64,000 nucleotides of DNA, from contig CM035353.1 in NCBI GenBank assembly GCA_020137815.1, forward strand, positions 5,890,001-5,954,000, read 5' to 3'. Numbering within the stretch: the stretch's first letter is position 1; every line of letters starts with the position of its first letter. This document shows, in pieces, positions 13,901-27,759 of this stretch. The stretch is from Hormiphora californensis. Lineage: Eukaryota; Animalia; Ctenophora. The notes beneath the pieces are model-generated. The model had not been told where the DNA came from, searched no databases, and saw nothing but the letters and a program-made list of their open reading frames with translations. The position numbers and the translations under genes were made by a program.

Positions 13901-14298
13901 TCTAAACTGTAACTTGTACAAACAGTTAGTTTTGCATACAGTTTTTTGTTAACTGTTGTCTACATTTCAGCACATGATTGCCAATACAATCAGATACATT
14001 AGGTTGGCGAGGAAGGAGAACTTTGTCGGTGACAACATACCACTCGTTAAAAACAGGGCTGAAATTCGACATTACGTAAGGTATGTATCTTTTTTAAATA
14101 TTTTTTGTTGTTCGCCATATTTACGTAATGTACCTATCTTTTTGTTAAATTAATTAATACGGATGATATTTGAAAAATTAATTTATTAATATCTATGTTT
14201 AATTCATGTCATCATTTTTCAGGAATCTTCATGTAATCGACAATCAACGAACATTATCCCAACTTTCACATCGGTTGGAGAAGAAAGCAGAAAACTAA
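330..14298 (+). CDS. RAPGEF4: Epac-type cAMP-regulated Rap guanine nucleotide exchange factor (RAPGEF3/4-like), 5'-partial, multi-exon
   Basis: GT-AG exons traced by hand: 330-434 (DEP end, [10 protein letters not shown]), 1094-1175 ([14 protein letters not shown]), 4905-5050 ([13 protein letters not shown]), 5159-5235, 5323-5411 (cNMP pocket [19 protein letters not shown]), 5578-5724 ([20 protein letters not shown]), 5854-5942 (REM start [10 protein letters not shown]), 8747-8828, 9018-9128, 11127-11289, 11490-11643 (RA), 11728-11848, 12593-12714, 12911-13012 ([16 protein letters not shown]), 13456-13597, 13684-13836 ([17 protein letters not shown]), 13971-14080, 14223-14298 ([19 protein letters not shown]). 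Motifs closely match vertebrate Epac2 as I recall it. One REM exon was not found. Confidence 0.93.
812..978. mobile_element. Small MITE-like element
   Basis: 14-bp terminal inverted repeat TTATAATCAATAAA ... TTTATTGATTATAA, with small internal hairpins (e.g. CCTGCGAAGCAGG). Confidence 0.5.
1176..1326. repeat. 30-bp minisatellite starting at an Epac splice donor
   Basis: About 5 copies of GATAAGTTTCGAGACGTTCAGAGRARTTTA; the first copy overlaps the GTAAGTTT donor. Confidence 0.85.
1362..1720. repeat. (GA)n microsatellite followed by an inverted (CT)n tract
   Basis: GA run ~1362-1575, then a degenerate CT run ~1610-1720. Confidence 0.9.
1829..2761 (+). mobile_element. Intact LINE ORF1-like protein (coiled coil + RRM + CTD) with no ORF2; intronic ORF1-only element, copy A
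   Basis: Intronless ~300-aa ORF (first ATG ~1889) with a heptad coiled coil, then [22 protein letters not shown] and [12 protein letters not shown], typical of CR1/L2/L1-type ORF1p. Followed by ~190 bp of T-rich UTR and (CT)n. Homologous to 6923-7843. Confidence 0.8.
3580..3666. repeat. (CT)n microsatellite
   Basis: Pure CT run. Confidence 0.95.
3968..4076. mobile_element. Short MITE, family also present at the window end
   Basis: TIR GAACCGACCGA ... TCGGTCGGTTC. The right half is the reverse complement of 63946-64000. Confidence 0.7.
4178..4870. mobile_element. Foldback/MITE-like element with decamer-repeat TIRs
   Basis: GGGGGGTTCCCATGGTATACTTTGGTATACTTTGG ... CCAAAGTATACCAAAGTATACCATGGGAACCCCCC; (TACTTTGGTA)n arrays at both ends. 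Confidence 0.8.
5947..6112. mobile_element. Dispersed palindromic repeat (MITE-like)
   Basis: 58-bp hairpin at 5950-6007 and GGGTC...GACCC ends. A rearranged second copy lies at 42755-42876. Confidence 0.65.
6670..7843 (-). mobile_element. ORF1-only LINE-like element, copy B (CDS 7843-6923), with an L2-like 3' tail
   Basis: 306-aa intact ORF with the same motifs as 1829-2761 ([43 protein letters not shown]). On the minus strand it ends with ~230 nt of UTR: GTGAACCGCTCTGA...GAGCGTGTATACAAG, then (ATT)n at 6670-6692. Confidence 0.8.
8204..8560. mobile_element. Helentron/HINE-like non-autonomous element
   Basis: Subterminal IR TTTCCCTGCCC ... GGGCAGGGAAA and hairpin CCGGGTGGATGCCGAAGGCATCCACCCGG near one end. 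Confidence 0.4.
9789..10632. mobile_element. Tc1/mariner (pogo-like) MITE, family copy 1
   Basis: TIR CAGTCGGACCCCGATTTA ... TAAATCGGGGTCCGACTG, TA on the left, repeated subterminal TAAATCGGGG motifs. Homologous to 57255-58133. Confidence 0.88.
10757..10936. repeat. (CT)n microsatellite
   Basis: Imperfect CT run. Confidence 0.9.
11930..12576. repeat. Intronic minisatellite (~21-27 bp, ATTACCCCTCAGATCCCCTCT variants)
   Basis: About 25 tandem units filling the intron just upstream of exon 12593. Confidence 0.92.
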
Positions 14299-14898
14299 TG
14301 TTGAGACTACAGTTTGATATTCTATCAGTTGATATTGATTCCTGGACTACTATACATGGTGATATAATAGTGTGATATAGTGTTGTTGAGGGTGAGGGGG
14401 TTGCTGATAAAGAAACACTTCTTAACAATCACTTAAAAACTCTAGGAAATAGTACGTCATAACTATGTCAATTATTATGTATAACCAAAGTATGTTCTAA
14501 TAAAGTACTATATTATAGTTATACACATTTGAAATGTTTTATTTGTTTACTGATTTATCCTAATTTAATCTATACCAATTAGGTTTATAATAGAGTACGG
14601 ACATTATGTACTGTATAATAGAGATATTACAATTATCATGTGGGAGTGTTATTTATCATCCCGCAAATCAGGTGATCAGGCGTGAATTTTATTCTGATTT
14701 TATTCATTTTACCCAAAGTATAGATATTATGTATTTATTGTGATAATTGTGAATTTAGAACCATTCATTTCCCCAAGATGAACTAAATTGTTATAATTTT
14801 CTTCGGTAATTCTTCTCAAGCAAAATCCACAGATCCTAATCTTCAAATACGATGTGAAAGTTGAAAGATAATTTCTCAGTACACTAGTACAGCTTAGT

Positions 14899-15750
14899 GG
14901 GGGAAAACAGTCGCACCTGAACCTCAGCTCAAGAGCACGGCTTTTCACCGAGATCTCCGTGTTTTACCTGAAATAATTCAGGTGCTGTCTGCAGCTCATT
15001 CTCAAGTTCATCGAACGGATTCGAAAAAGCTTCTGAACCAATGAAAATGGCCACTTTTGAAATGAGCCAATGTGAAAAGCTAAGAGTGAGAGTGAGCAAA
15101 ATCCTTGCACGTGAATGGCTCTTTCAACCCTACAATCACATTGGTTTAGTATAGGTTCCGGTTTCAAGAAATCCTCTAAACCCATGAAATTTTGGTAAGA
15201 CCCAATCATAGACTACTTCTTCTATCAGCAGCTCTGACAGAGGTAGCTTGCCATTGGCTCTCTGAAAACCTTGCAATGTCATTTATTGGATTTCTTGAAT
15301 CCTATACTTCGGATAGAAGAAGTATAGGATTCAAGAAATCCTCTAATTTAGAGTCTAAACCAATGAAATTGCTGGGTTTTGGAAATAGCCAATCGAGCAC
15401 TACTTCTACTATCAGCACTAGCAGCTCTGCTAGAGGTAGTGCACACCACTGGATCTTTGAAAACATTGGCTTAGAGGATTTCTTGAATCGTATATTTCGA
15501 ATTGAAGAAATTCTCTTAACCAATGAAATTGCAGGGTTTTGGGAAAAACAATCAAAGGCGAGCTGCTTGCCTTCCTAGGTGAGGGATAGCAGGGGATAAT
15601 GATTAATGCCGTCATCACACTGAACATTTCGGGTATTTGAGGATTCAAAATCGATAGCCGTCACTGAACCCTGAGATCTCCGATTTCAGTGGTAAACAGG
15701 CGTAAAAAGGCGCACTTGACCGGAGGTTTAGGCACTCGACTGTTTCCCCC
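14899..15750. mobile_element. PIF/Harbinger-like MITE, long copy
   Basis: TIR GGGGGAAAACAGTCG ... CGACTGTTTCCCCC; internal hairpin at ~15288-15341. The same TIRs bound a ~53-bp mini copy at 26316-26368. Confidence 0.65.
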
Positions 15751-16217
15751 AGTGCAGACAATGGAATGTTAAGACTTAAAGATACTCAAAAACAGTTGAA
15801 GAAAAAAACATTTCTTTGCTCAACCTAAGCGGCAGATTTTGGATGCCACATAATATAATTTTGACAAACAACATGCATCTTTTTAAAATACACAAACGCC
15901 ATACACACATGGTTAAACATGAAACAGTGTCGCTTGTTATTAGTGGAGAAATGGTGCCCAAACACCGTGCGCAGACGCAAACTTTACGTAGCGTGCGGGT
16001 AATAAACAGATGTTCAGCCTGATCTAGATGATTGATGAAAAAGTGTGCTAGTGTGCTTAGTACCCCGCGTGTTAAAATGCGCTTATTTGGACACTGTTTC
16101 TCCACTACAAGCGACCGTGTCAGTCCATGATTACAAATTAGAATCCATGGTTACAAATTAGAATCCGTGGTTATAAATTAGAGTCCATGATACCACAATA
16201 TACGGATACCACAGTCG

Positions 16218-19084
16218 TTACATGTTTGTAGTGGCGGTATTTTCCACGCGGCTACAAGCAGCACTGTAAGGGGGTGGTGACCTGCTGTTATAAGTGATCA
16301 TTGGAAGAGTAGTTTGATCTTGCTCTGGAGGAAGGCTACATGGAGTTGATGGACCAGGGATTTCGGTTAACCGGGATATCTGGGAATCGGCTCGGTCTTC
16401 TCTAGGCTCGGCCGGCTGTGCATTATTTGTTGAAGGGCTCGCCGTACGGGACATCGTAACAAGTGCTGGAAAATAATTATGATGATATCATGAAAATCAG
16501 GTACACCTCTGGAATATATCAAAACCTTTCTCGCATTCCTTTCTCTAGAGTTTTAGACACAAAACACCCTTACACAGCAGGACGGTTCCCGTTTGATTAA
16601 AACGATTCCTCAGAGTCGATCTTCCGTCAGTATCGATTTGGAAACATGGAAAAAATCTGAAGGAAATTTGGCAAATATAACATAAGTATGTACAAGACCT
16701 AATTACTAAAAGTAAATTATATGTCTTCTTCTAAAATATGTTAAAGAAATTCACTTACTTGCGAATGGTTTCCATACGTAAGGGATAAAGCCAGGGATTA
16801 ATGAGGAGAGACGCGAACACAGACTGTGTACAATAAAGCTTTATCCTGGCATCAGGTTGTAATTCGTTAGGTTGACCATATTGCAAGACAACATAACCGT
16901 ACGGCAGGTTCGTAACCAAGAATGCCGTGGCCATGACAACCGTTGAAATTAGGTTCTTTTGGATTGCGATATGTTGACGTCTGAAAAAAACCATTTATTA
17001 CCAATTGATTCATACAAATTACAAACTAAACTGACATCAATGTATCTATACATTGATGTCAGTTTAGTTTATAGGGACACAGGTTAGGTAAATTCTTAAC
17101 AAGATTAAGAAAATCGTTCATACATCTAAGATGAATCATTGTATAAGTATGAATGATCTTATTAAGATACTCGATATTCATGTAAATCTAAATGTAGATC
17201 TTAAATTAAAACATACCTTCGCTGGTCATCACTCATCTTTAACTTGTTTGTCATTTTCTGTCGGTTCCGTGATCGTTTAAGAATGACAGAAATGATAACG
17301 AAATTGGATCCGACCATAATTAGGCAGGCACAGCCCACCACGGCGAAGTAGAATATCAGCTCAAGAAACATAAGGGTGCTTATTTTAGTCGCCTACAATT
17401 GAAATGAATTTAGTTATATATTTTAATTGAAGTGCAAGAAAGTCTGATTTTGATGCTTTTATTTTATAGTATAGAAATATCTCATGGTTGTATACTAACG
17501 CTTAGTCCTGTCTCTTCACCAGAGAGATAGATTCTGCACATCAATGGAACAGTTAAGTTTTTATAAATAAAATCAGCACCTGCAAAATATGTATTACATA
17601 TGATTTTAAGTGTATATATATATATATAAGGATAAATCTGCACAATTCATTTGATTTCGACTGTAGTTCTTGGAATTTTAACATATTTTACTATTTTAGT
17701 AATGCATATGATGGTATCATTGTGACTTACTGTATTTAAGGTCCATGTTTGGTATTCGAAACTCATCGCAGATAAAGATGTCCAATCCGCTCTCTGTGGA
17801 AGAACAACAATTTTGACTAAATATACATACACATGAATCAAAATAAGTAAATAATTTAAAAATTGTGATTTGAATTCTTACTAGCTGCATAGGATAATTC
17901 GACGGTAGCAGGAACGATCCGCAAGATGAGAGAGAAAACTACAATACCAAGTACAGTTAATACTGTTACTCCTATAGAAAAGTGTTATTAGGTGTATCAT
18001 TTATTATTCATTTAGCAGTTTTCTAACTACTTTTTTTCTGCTAAAATCTTGCTATATATAGCAAGATTATATGAGTGTGTACAAGTGCTAATTATAATTA
18101 GCACTTGCATACACTACCATTTTCTCTCTTACTATGGGTAATGTATATTTTGTAGACGAGGGGCCGGATAATGTGAATGGTACGGTCCATACACACTGTC
18201 ACTATTATCATGATCCGGAGGGTAAAGAGGAACTCCAGTAGCAGAAACGTAACTATCCTATAAAAAGGAATAGAACGTAAATGTAGTTAAAAAGTTTGAT
18301 GTATAGGTATACCTTCTTATAGTTATATGTACTTACTTCTTATTATTTCGCATCCTTATTACTAAGTATACTTATTACGATGCACTATTATAATAGTGGG
18401 AATACGGTGTCTGAATAATATGGTATCTGACCCACGTTACGATGCACTATAAATTGGACAAATTGTACCTGCTGTATACAGTTGAAAAGTGAAAACGAGA
18501 GAAGTATTCTGCAAACGTGTACCGTGTTGCCGATGGAATTCCGACCAGAACCGCTAACAGAATATCCGCTAGCGACAGAAACATACACAAAATGTTCGAT
18601 TGGCAAAATGGAAACTGAAAAGTAAACACTTTAAAATAAATAAAAATAACCATAGACAGAATTATTTCACTCTTAATTTACGGCACAGGGTTTTGAAAAA
18701 GATGAAGCACTTTCAACTTATTTGGAAATCAAAATGATATGTTATATGTCATTGTTCACCTTAATGAAAGATTTCCTGTTCTTGAAAACAACCAGAAATG
18801 TATAAATGTTGAGGATCACGGATGTTACCAAGAAAATAACTGAAGTGGGGGTACTAATTATATTTTAGTAAACTATTTTACTAATCAGTGGACATGCTTG
18901 TACAAATTGAAAAATGATAACAATATTTGCTTTTGAACTAACGTGAAATTTGCCCTGCCACCCGTAGATCTTCTGTCGAAAGTACGACACTTTTTTCTGG
19001 TTTAATTTTATCAGAAAAGTGGGTTGGTGTACCAGTAAACTCTTCAGTTAATGTAATTGCAGTGTAATTATCTGTTATGTTCAT
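16218..19084 (-). CDS. Rhodopsin-like (class A) orphan GPCR, 11 exons
   Basis: Phase-consistent exons: 19084-18943, 18839-18760 (TM1, N), 18614-18469 (TM2 LSLADILLA), 18257-18133 (TM3 MDRT..IIRPL), 17971-17882 (TM4), 17793-17731, 17579-17500, 17392-17217 (TM5), 16980-16759 (TM6 NLPY, TM7 INPWLY), 16656-16574, 16465-16218 (tail with PPPY). Confidence 0.85.
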
Positions 19085-20005
19085 GATGTATGTATACTAG
19101 AAAATAGAAATACACTTTTAAAGAAAAATACGCTTGAACAGTACTAAATTCAATTAAGTATCAGAAACTTTGTCAGGCTTCATCAGAAATACACGTGCTG
19201 CTTGTAGTGGGAATACGGTGTCTGAATAATACGGTATTTGACCATTATGGTTTCTGAAATATATATGTATTTGAAATACATATATTTCAGTGTCACGTGT
19301 TGTCAATTCGGCGCTCTGATTGGTCTCGTCTTACCGTTTTTCACTGATACCGTGTTGAACCGATACTGTATTCTCACTACAAGCACCCTTGTAACTACAA
19401 GTACTAAAAATGCATCTAAACGACTGTTTGCACATTAATATATTGACTGTTGTGATCCTCGATGGGAAAGATCCCTAGATATGCTATTGTTTGTGTCCAA
19501 TCAAGAAATTGTGCATTATGAATTTTAAAATGTATAAATGTTGCACGTTATTACTAAATAAAATCAAACCGAAGCGTAGCACACTGATTTGCATGGGAAA
19601 TTTCCACAGCTGAAATTTCTAAACGAACTAGGTATAACATACATATTATATATTCGTGATAAATATATTCCACAATTAGCTGCTAGTTTCAAATTAGAGA
19701 CATTTTCACAATTCCTTTCCTTAAGCATTTCCCAGGACATTTCGAGTAATTTAGACACGAGCAACAAATTTCATACATATCCCACAGTTAAGAATAGATC
19801 AATCACAGGAAAGATTCCCCCATGTTGAATGCTTCCTTTTTATTTCCTAACTCGGCCTGTTCTCTCTTCTCTGTGTGACGCAGCAAACTATGATTGCACT
19901 AATCTTGTGAGTGGAAGATTAAGAGAGATTTGATATAAGGAAGCTGGATAAGGAAGCTGGAGTATAATAGTGAATGAAGGACGAAGGTAGATAGACAGGG
20001 TGGTG

Positions 20006-20263
20006 GAATGAGAATGAGAATGAGAATGAGAATGAGAATGAGAATGAGAATGAGAATGAGAATGAGAATGAGAATGAGAATGAGAATGAGAATGAGAATG
20101 AGAATGAGAATGAGAATGAGAATGAGAATGAGAATGAGAATGAGAATGAGAATGAGAATGAGAATGAGAATGAGAATGAGAATGAGAATGAGAATGAGAA
20201 TGAGAATGAGAATGAGAATGAGAATGAGAATGAGAATGAGAATGAGAATGAGAATGAGAATGA
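20006..20263. repeat. (GAATGA)n hexanucleotide microsatellite
   Basis: Perfect array of ~42 units. Confidence 0.97.
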
Positions 20264-20429
20264 TTCATTGGTGAAGGATATGTTTTTTCGTTCGACCCCC
20301 AACCGAAACCAACAAAAAACAACAAAGAAATTGAAATTTACAATTCCATTTTAAATCTCCTGACCATTTCCTATCTCCTGACCATTTCCTGACTGTTAAT
20401 TTCCAAAATACTGAAATGTTCATTTTTCT

Positions 20430-21970
<1,541 letters not shown>

Positions 21971-22453
21971 CATCAATTGAAAGAGTTTAAAGGGATACCT
22001 GACATATTCAAATGTTTGCCTTTTTCAACGATCCGGGGGTGTGTAACTGGTTGGGAGATAAAACACTACGATGACGTCGCTTGTGGCAACTCTCTACTCC
22101 CTCCGTTCTCAAGATACAGGCCCCACCTTTTATCAACTCTTAATGGTTTGCGGTATACGAGGGAGAGCTTCGTCTATTGCAAATGACATGTAATCACATT
22201 TTGAGTATTTGTTTATCTATTTCTCAACCTATCTCTTCTAAATAAAAAACTCCGCCAGTCCAAATCCGTCGCATTGCTGAACCACCGTTTGCACCGTCGC
22301 CCCACCTCTATCTTTTTTCACATGCACGATTCTCTGTCTTTTTTTTGCATCGGCATTTTTCTGAAAGATCAGCACACTGTTTAATACATGGTTTTAGTAT
22401 TTTACATTATTATGGTTATAGAATCATAAACAACACTCAGCACCAACTAACAA

Positions 22454-22457
22454 NNNN
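22454..22457. other. Assembly gap (NNNN)
   Basis: Four N characters. Confidence 1.
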
Positions 22458-22726
22458 CTAGGACATATGATGAACATTATCAATGTATAGGACATGTATA
22501 GGACGTACTATTATAGCTTTATTACGTCTCCCGTGAATCATGATTTGACACAATCGTTGATTAGATAATTATTCATGTGATAATAACTGCAGTGTGTCGC
22601 TATAATATAATGAACAAATTGTGAATATGTTACAGTTTTACTTTTATTTTGTTGACTTGGTGTCAGCTTCTATCATAGTGATGAACTCGTATTTATTTAG
22701 TTCTTCAAGAGGAAACTTCTATTATC

Positions 22727-23269
22727 TTTTATAGCCACCGGCCCCTATACCGATCCCAAGCGGTTAAGGGTAGCACGGACAGAAGCTTCATTCCTAGAAT
22801 TCACACATGCGTATCGAACGGTGTTTAAAAAGACCAATCACTGCTTTATTCGCATTCGAAAATAGAGGCCAAAGGGTGTGATTACGGGTAAGTGGAAAGA
22901 TCCATATGATGTTTCAGAAGGGATATCATGGGTTCTGGAGAGATCTCTATCTACTTTGCTTTACAGACACCGAATACCGATTCGTTTTTGTACAAGCCTA
23001 ACAATCGATCGTTTGTGGTTATGCTTGTATTCAGTATCTGTAAAGCACAGTAGAGGGGTCTTCAAAAAGGGACGCATTACCCGATAATGAAAATCAAACA
23101 TTAGCAGTTAACTTGATTCGAGCACAGTAAATCAAATATGAAAAAATTGTAAGTTAATTTATGTAAAATTGGAAAATCCCAGTCTCTCCGTACAATTATC
23201 ACTACTGTAACTAACCGTATACTAACCGTATACGTATAACGAATGGCGACAGCTCACGTCGCTATAAAA
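22727..23269 (-). mobile_element. HINE/DINE-1-like (Helentron-derived) element
   Basis: Ends TTTTATAGC...GCTATAAAA, hairpin GCGACAGCTCACGTCGC, and a short (CCGTATACTAA) tandem next to one end. Confidence 0.4.
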
Positions 23270-23464
23270 GCGAGGATACCGGAAGCCGGGCACTCAAGTT
23301 GTTTTCTTCTGTTGAGCGTCGTTTACTTTTACTTGTTTACTACTTTAAAGATCTACAGTAGTATCTTGACACTTCAGTGTGACAGGTGTGACTGAAGTGA
23401 TGTACGCTAGAAGCTGTTCACTAGAACTTTAATCACTAATTAGCATCTTTTTGGGTTCAAGTTA

Positions 23465-23810
<346 letters not shown>

Positions 23811-23984
23811 TAACTAACGCACATCACACGTCCAACAGCTCATCGGTATATCCCAATTATATCACTTGCTCAAACTTTGTTGATAAAATGAACTTCAATA
23901 TCATCCTGACGACAATAGTTTAAAAAAGTTATTGAAGTAGGCAGTAACAGATATTGTACTGTAGGATTTTATTATGCCTATAAG

Positions 23985-24665
23985 TTGTACCTGAAAACTT
24001 ATAACACGAGACCGAAGGTCGAGTGTTATAAGTACAACAATAATGATCCGAGACCACAGGTCGAGGCAGATTCTTGTACTTTAGTGCACGAGCCTGCGAG
24101 TGCCACTAAGTGTAACTACCTCACGAGCCTGCGAGTGATGTAGTTTTACTTTTTGACCGAGCCTGCGAGGTCTAAAAGTGTAAGAATCTGGGACATTATT
24201 GTTGACGTCAGGTACAACGAAAATAGGCATAATAAAATTGCATTGTAAAATTTTTAAAACAAGAGTGAGAGACAGTTTAGGGCGTAACAATAGAATGAAT
24301 TCATGATAAGGTAGCAGGCAGAGATAAGATAACGCCTGAGATCTATAGGTAAAGAGAGAGAGAGAGATTAGCGAGAGTGAGAGAGAGATAAAGAATGTGT
24401 GGGTCTGGGAGTTCGTGACTGTTATCTTGATCTCGGTGTTGCAACGGCTTGAGAGTGTGACATAAAGAAAGAGAGAGAGGGAGTTCGTACACGCTTATCT
24501 TTCCAACGGTTTTTAAGTGTGACAGAAACAGTGGAGTAAGGACTTCTAAGTGCAGCAGTGTTATAAGTTTTCATGTATCACTGGGGGGTGTTATAAGTGA
24601 AAACTTATAACACTGGGGGGTGTTATAAGTGAAAACTTATAACACTGGGGGGTGTTATAAGTTGT
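23985..24665. mobile_element. Dispersed repeat with serial CGAGCCTGCGAG / CCGAAGG hairpins, copy 1
   Basis: Homologous to 37555-38325 (ACAACAATAATGA..CCGAGACC..AGGTCGAGG, three CGAGCCTGCGAG, TAAAAGTG..ACATTATTGTTG). The GAAAACTTATAACAC motif recurs at both ends. Confidence 0.65.
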
Positions 24666-25028
24666 ACAAGCAGTGCTACCTAAAGAATTATATTATATCT
24701 CAAAATTTTACAATGTATAATATATTATTCCTTGTGGTTGTCTCTAATACTCGTTATAACTTACTCAGCAAGCCTTTATGCATGCCTCGTTCTACCCGCT
24801 TTCCCCGCCCCAAGGCTCTACAATGTAGAGTCTACATGCAATGACGCACAGAGATCGCAATACAAATACCATTCCCGACACAGCAGCAGGTGCAAACTGT
24901 CAATTCTGAATCGTATTGTTTCGGCTAATTCTGTTTGTGTGTTTCCTTTTGATTTCATCACAGCTGTCAGATTCTACATGGGAATTATCTGTTTGTGCCT
25001 CAAGTCTGCTTCTATACTATTAACAGTT

Positions 25029-25299
25029 CGTCATACACATTTCCACCTGGAATTTCTTGCTCGTATTTTCTGTCAGAATCTGTATAACACGCACGTGAAT
25101 TTGAGGCGCGGCGCATCTGCACGTGCGGTTTTTCCAGAGAGAGTGAGAGACAATCGTATAACGTTAATGTGTGTCTCTCTCTTTAATCTCGCACGTGAAT
25201 TTGAGCCACGGCGCGGCGCATCTGCACGTGCGGTTCTTCCAGATAGAAATTCCAAATAGAAACTCCAGATAGAAATTCCAAATAGAAATGTGTATGACG
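25029..25299. mobile_element. MITE
   Basis: TIR CGTCATACACATTTC ... GAAATGTGTATGACG; internal direct repeat GCACGTGAATTTGAG..GCGCGGCGCATCTGCACGTGCGGTT. Confidence 0.7.
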
Positions 25300-25596
25300 C
25301 CGTGTTAGCTCAACTATTGTGTGTCCACTGTCCAGATCAAAGACTTCCCTTCATCCTTGATCAAGTATATAAACTATCTAGGCTATATATAATTCTATAT
25401 ATTTATATATAGTGAGAGCGGCGATCACACTACTACAAAGTTTGTAACTCGTGCCCTAAAATTTACCTTTGCCAATTACACCATTGACTGCAGCAGGAGC
25501 ACCTTAGCAGTGTCTAAAGCATTCAACAGATTAGTCGAATGGGCACACGGTCTAGTTCGCTCAGCTGTTTTGTTTGTCTGCTCATAATTTAGAATT

Positions 25597-26652
25597 ATGT
25601 TGGTGAAAGTATTGGTCGTTGCGTTGGCAGTTGTGTCTGGAGCAGTGTCAGAGTCGGGTACCGATACACCAGTTTCCACAACTTCTGATTTTGTGTGTAG
25701 AGATGATGACCTTAATGATCAGGTAAGATATTCATGCTTATATTAGACAATATTATAGCAAAATATATCATCATTATGTATGCATATACGTTGCATATTT
25801 GCTTATTTTGTTCTATGTAAAATTTCATTCCAATAATGTTTTAGTTGTTTGCACACAACAAGTTTCGATCTCTGCACCTGGACACAAATAATCTTTGCCT
25901 CAACCCTCATATCCAAGTAAGTCTTTACTTAAACAATCATAGTTATATCATAGTATATTGGGGGCAAGAATTTCGAAATACAGCGGCGACAGTCCTCTGG
26001 GCTCTGATTGGCTCGCACACCATGAAACAAAAACCAAAAATAATGGCTTATCATACATATATAGACTCTCCGTTGGATTTGTATTCTGATTCAAAAGCCA
26101 ATCCAGAAAAGCGTTATTGAGCTGCGGATCGAGGATCCTGCTGCAGTGGATGCAACTACTGACATCTCCCACTCCATTTTAGAAAGCAGCAGAGGAATAT
26201 GCAGAGGAGCTGGCGGATAAAAACAGTGCAGATCCCATTGGCACGACCCACTACCTCCCACACTCAAGGTAAAGTATTGGATGTCATAATGCCAATAAGT
26301 ATAACCTAAACCAATGGGGGAAAACAGTCGTGCCTGACCCTCAGGTTCACTCACGACTGTTTTCCCCCTTAGTAAAGTATAATATCAGCATTAATTTTAT
26401 ATATTTTAACCCCCGTAGTACTATGAATGGCGAGAATCTTTGCTCAATGGACGTGGGTGTTTGTAAAAGAAGAGGTTCAGCGTTTTGTATCCGGCGGTGT
26501 GTTAAGTTATGGTATTGTACAGAGGAGCGGTTTTACAGCTACGACTCACCTGACCCTCACTCAACAGCCACCGGTCATTTCTCTCAGGTATAATGGAATA
26601 TAGATATGGGGAAGAGGGAGAGAAATATATAGGAAGAGAGAGAGAGAGAAAA

Positions 26653-26683
<31 letters not shown>

Positions 26684-27029
26684 TAACGCATAAAAATCAT
26701 GCATCTATGCATGCTCCCGCGGTCCATTTACTTTGATCGCTGTAGTCCGTTCGGTGCGAAAGGCCATCTGCAAGATCTCTTTTGAGTCAAGAAACAAAAT
26801 TATGACTCAAAAGAGGTCATTGAAACAAAATTACAGTTAATAAAACCTATTTCAGGTAGTGTGGGCGGGGACTACTGACCTTGGTTGTGGGGTCGGGTAC
26901 GGTGCAACGAAAGCATACATTGTGTGTCGATACTTCACCCGTGGAAATGATATGAGCGTGGATAGTTTCATCGGAAATGTGAAGAATCGTAATCCGGCAA
27001 AGGAGGCTCTCTATCAAAAATACTGCTAG
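25597..27029 (+). CDS. Secreted CAP/SCP (PR-1/GAPR-1/CRISP superfamily) protein, 5 exons
   Basis: Exons 25597-25722 (signal peptide MLVKVLVVALAVVSG), 25845-25916 (AHNKFRSLH), 26183-26268 (AEEYAEELA..HS), 26419-26587 (GENL..WY..GHFSQ), 26856-27029 (VVWAGTTDLGCG..IVCRY..RGN, TAG). All four CAP motifs are present. Confidence 0.9.
26316..26368. mobile_element. Minimal MITE (TIR-only derivative of 14899-15750)
   Basis: GGGGGAAAACAGTCGTGCCTGACCCTCAGGTTCACTCACGACTGTTTCCCCC inside a CAP-gene intron. Confidence 0.6.
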
Positions 27030-27348
27030 ATATACTGCTTGATATTTTTCCGGGATGGCACGTCGAACAACGATGATTTTAATTTGATTTTGGTTTGTTT
27101 GATGAAAATGTAGTTAATTTTTGATTAGTGAATATATGTGTCTTGTTTCTTATCTCTAATCCAAATAAGCATTCGGCCGATGAAATGCTGTCCATGGCGC
27201 TGCTGCAGACCCCATCACTGCCAGACAGGTAAAGTGCAGCGAGGCATAAAACAAAATATAAATTCTCATTTTGCAAGAGCATGTAAAATTATTATGACAG
27301 CACGCTCTGGGCACATTTACAAAATCACAAGTCCCCGCGGTTAAGGCA

Positions 27349-27583
27349 GCGGATTACGGGGGCCCGGATGAGACGCCCGTACCAATCGCCCGTACCAGTC
27401 GCCCGTACATTTGCTTTGCGCATTACGTTTCACCACACTTTCACCACAACAAAACACATGTGCGTAACGCGCATGTACCTTTTTGTGGTGAAAGTGCGAT
27501 GAAACGTAATGCGCAAAGCAAATGTACGGGCGACTGGTACGGGCGATCTATACGGGCGATCTATTCGAGCCCCCGTAATCCCC
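27349..27583. mobile_element. Fully palindromic MITE
   Basis: GGATTACGGGGG..CGCCCGTACATTTGCTTTGCGCATTACGTTTCA is mirrored by TGAAACGTAATGCGCAAAGCAAATGTACGGGCG..CCCCCGTAATCC. Confidence 0.75.
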
Positions 27584-27759
27584 CGTGTTACGAGCAGACA
27601 AATTGCATTAATTGATGCGATAAACATTGAACAGTTCATTGAACACACAGTGATTCGTGTATTCACACCATTATATCCTCGATAAAACTAGCAAAAACCC
27701 ACCAATATATCTCCCATGATTCTGAGCAACTAGCAGCTGTAGCCCTTAGCATAATATGT

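Noticed and set aside
19888-20325. Poly-HS, poly-SF and poly-MR ORFs
   Set aside because: Products of the (GAATGA)n microsatellite; also not a telomeric TTAGGG array.
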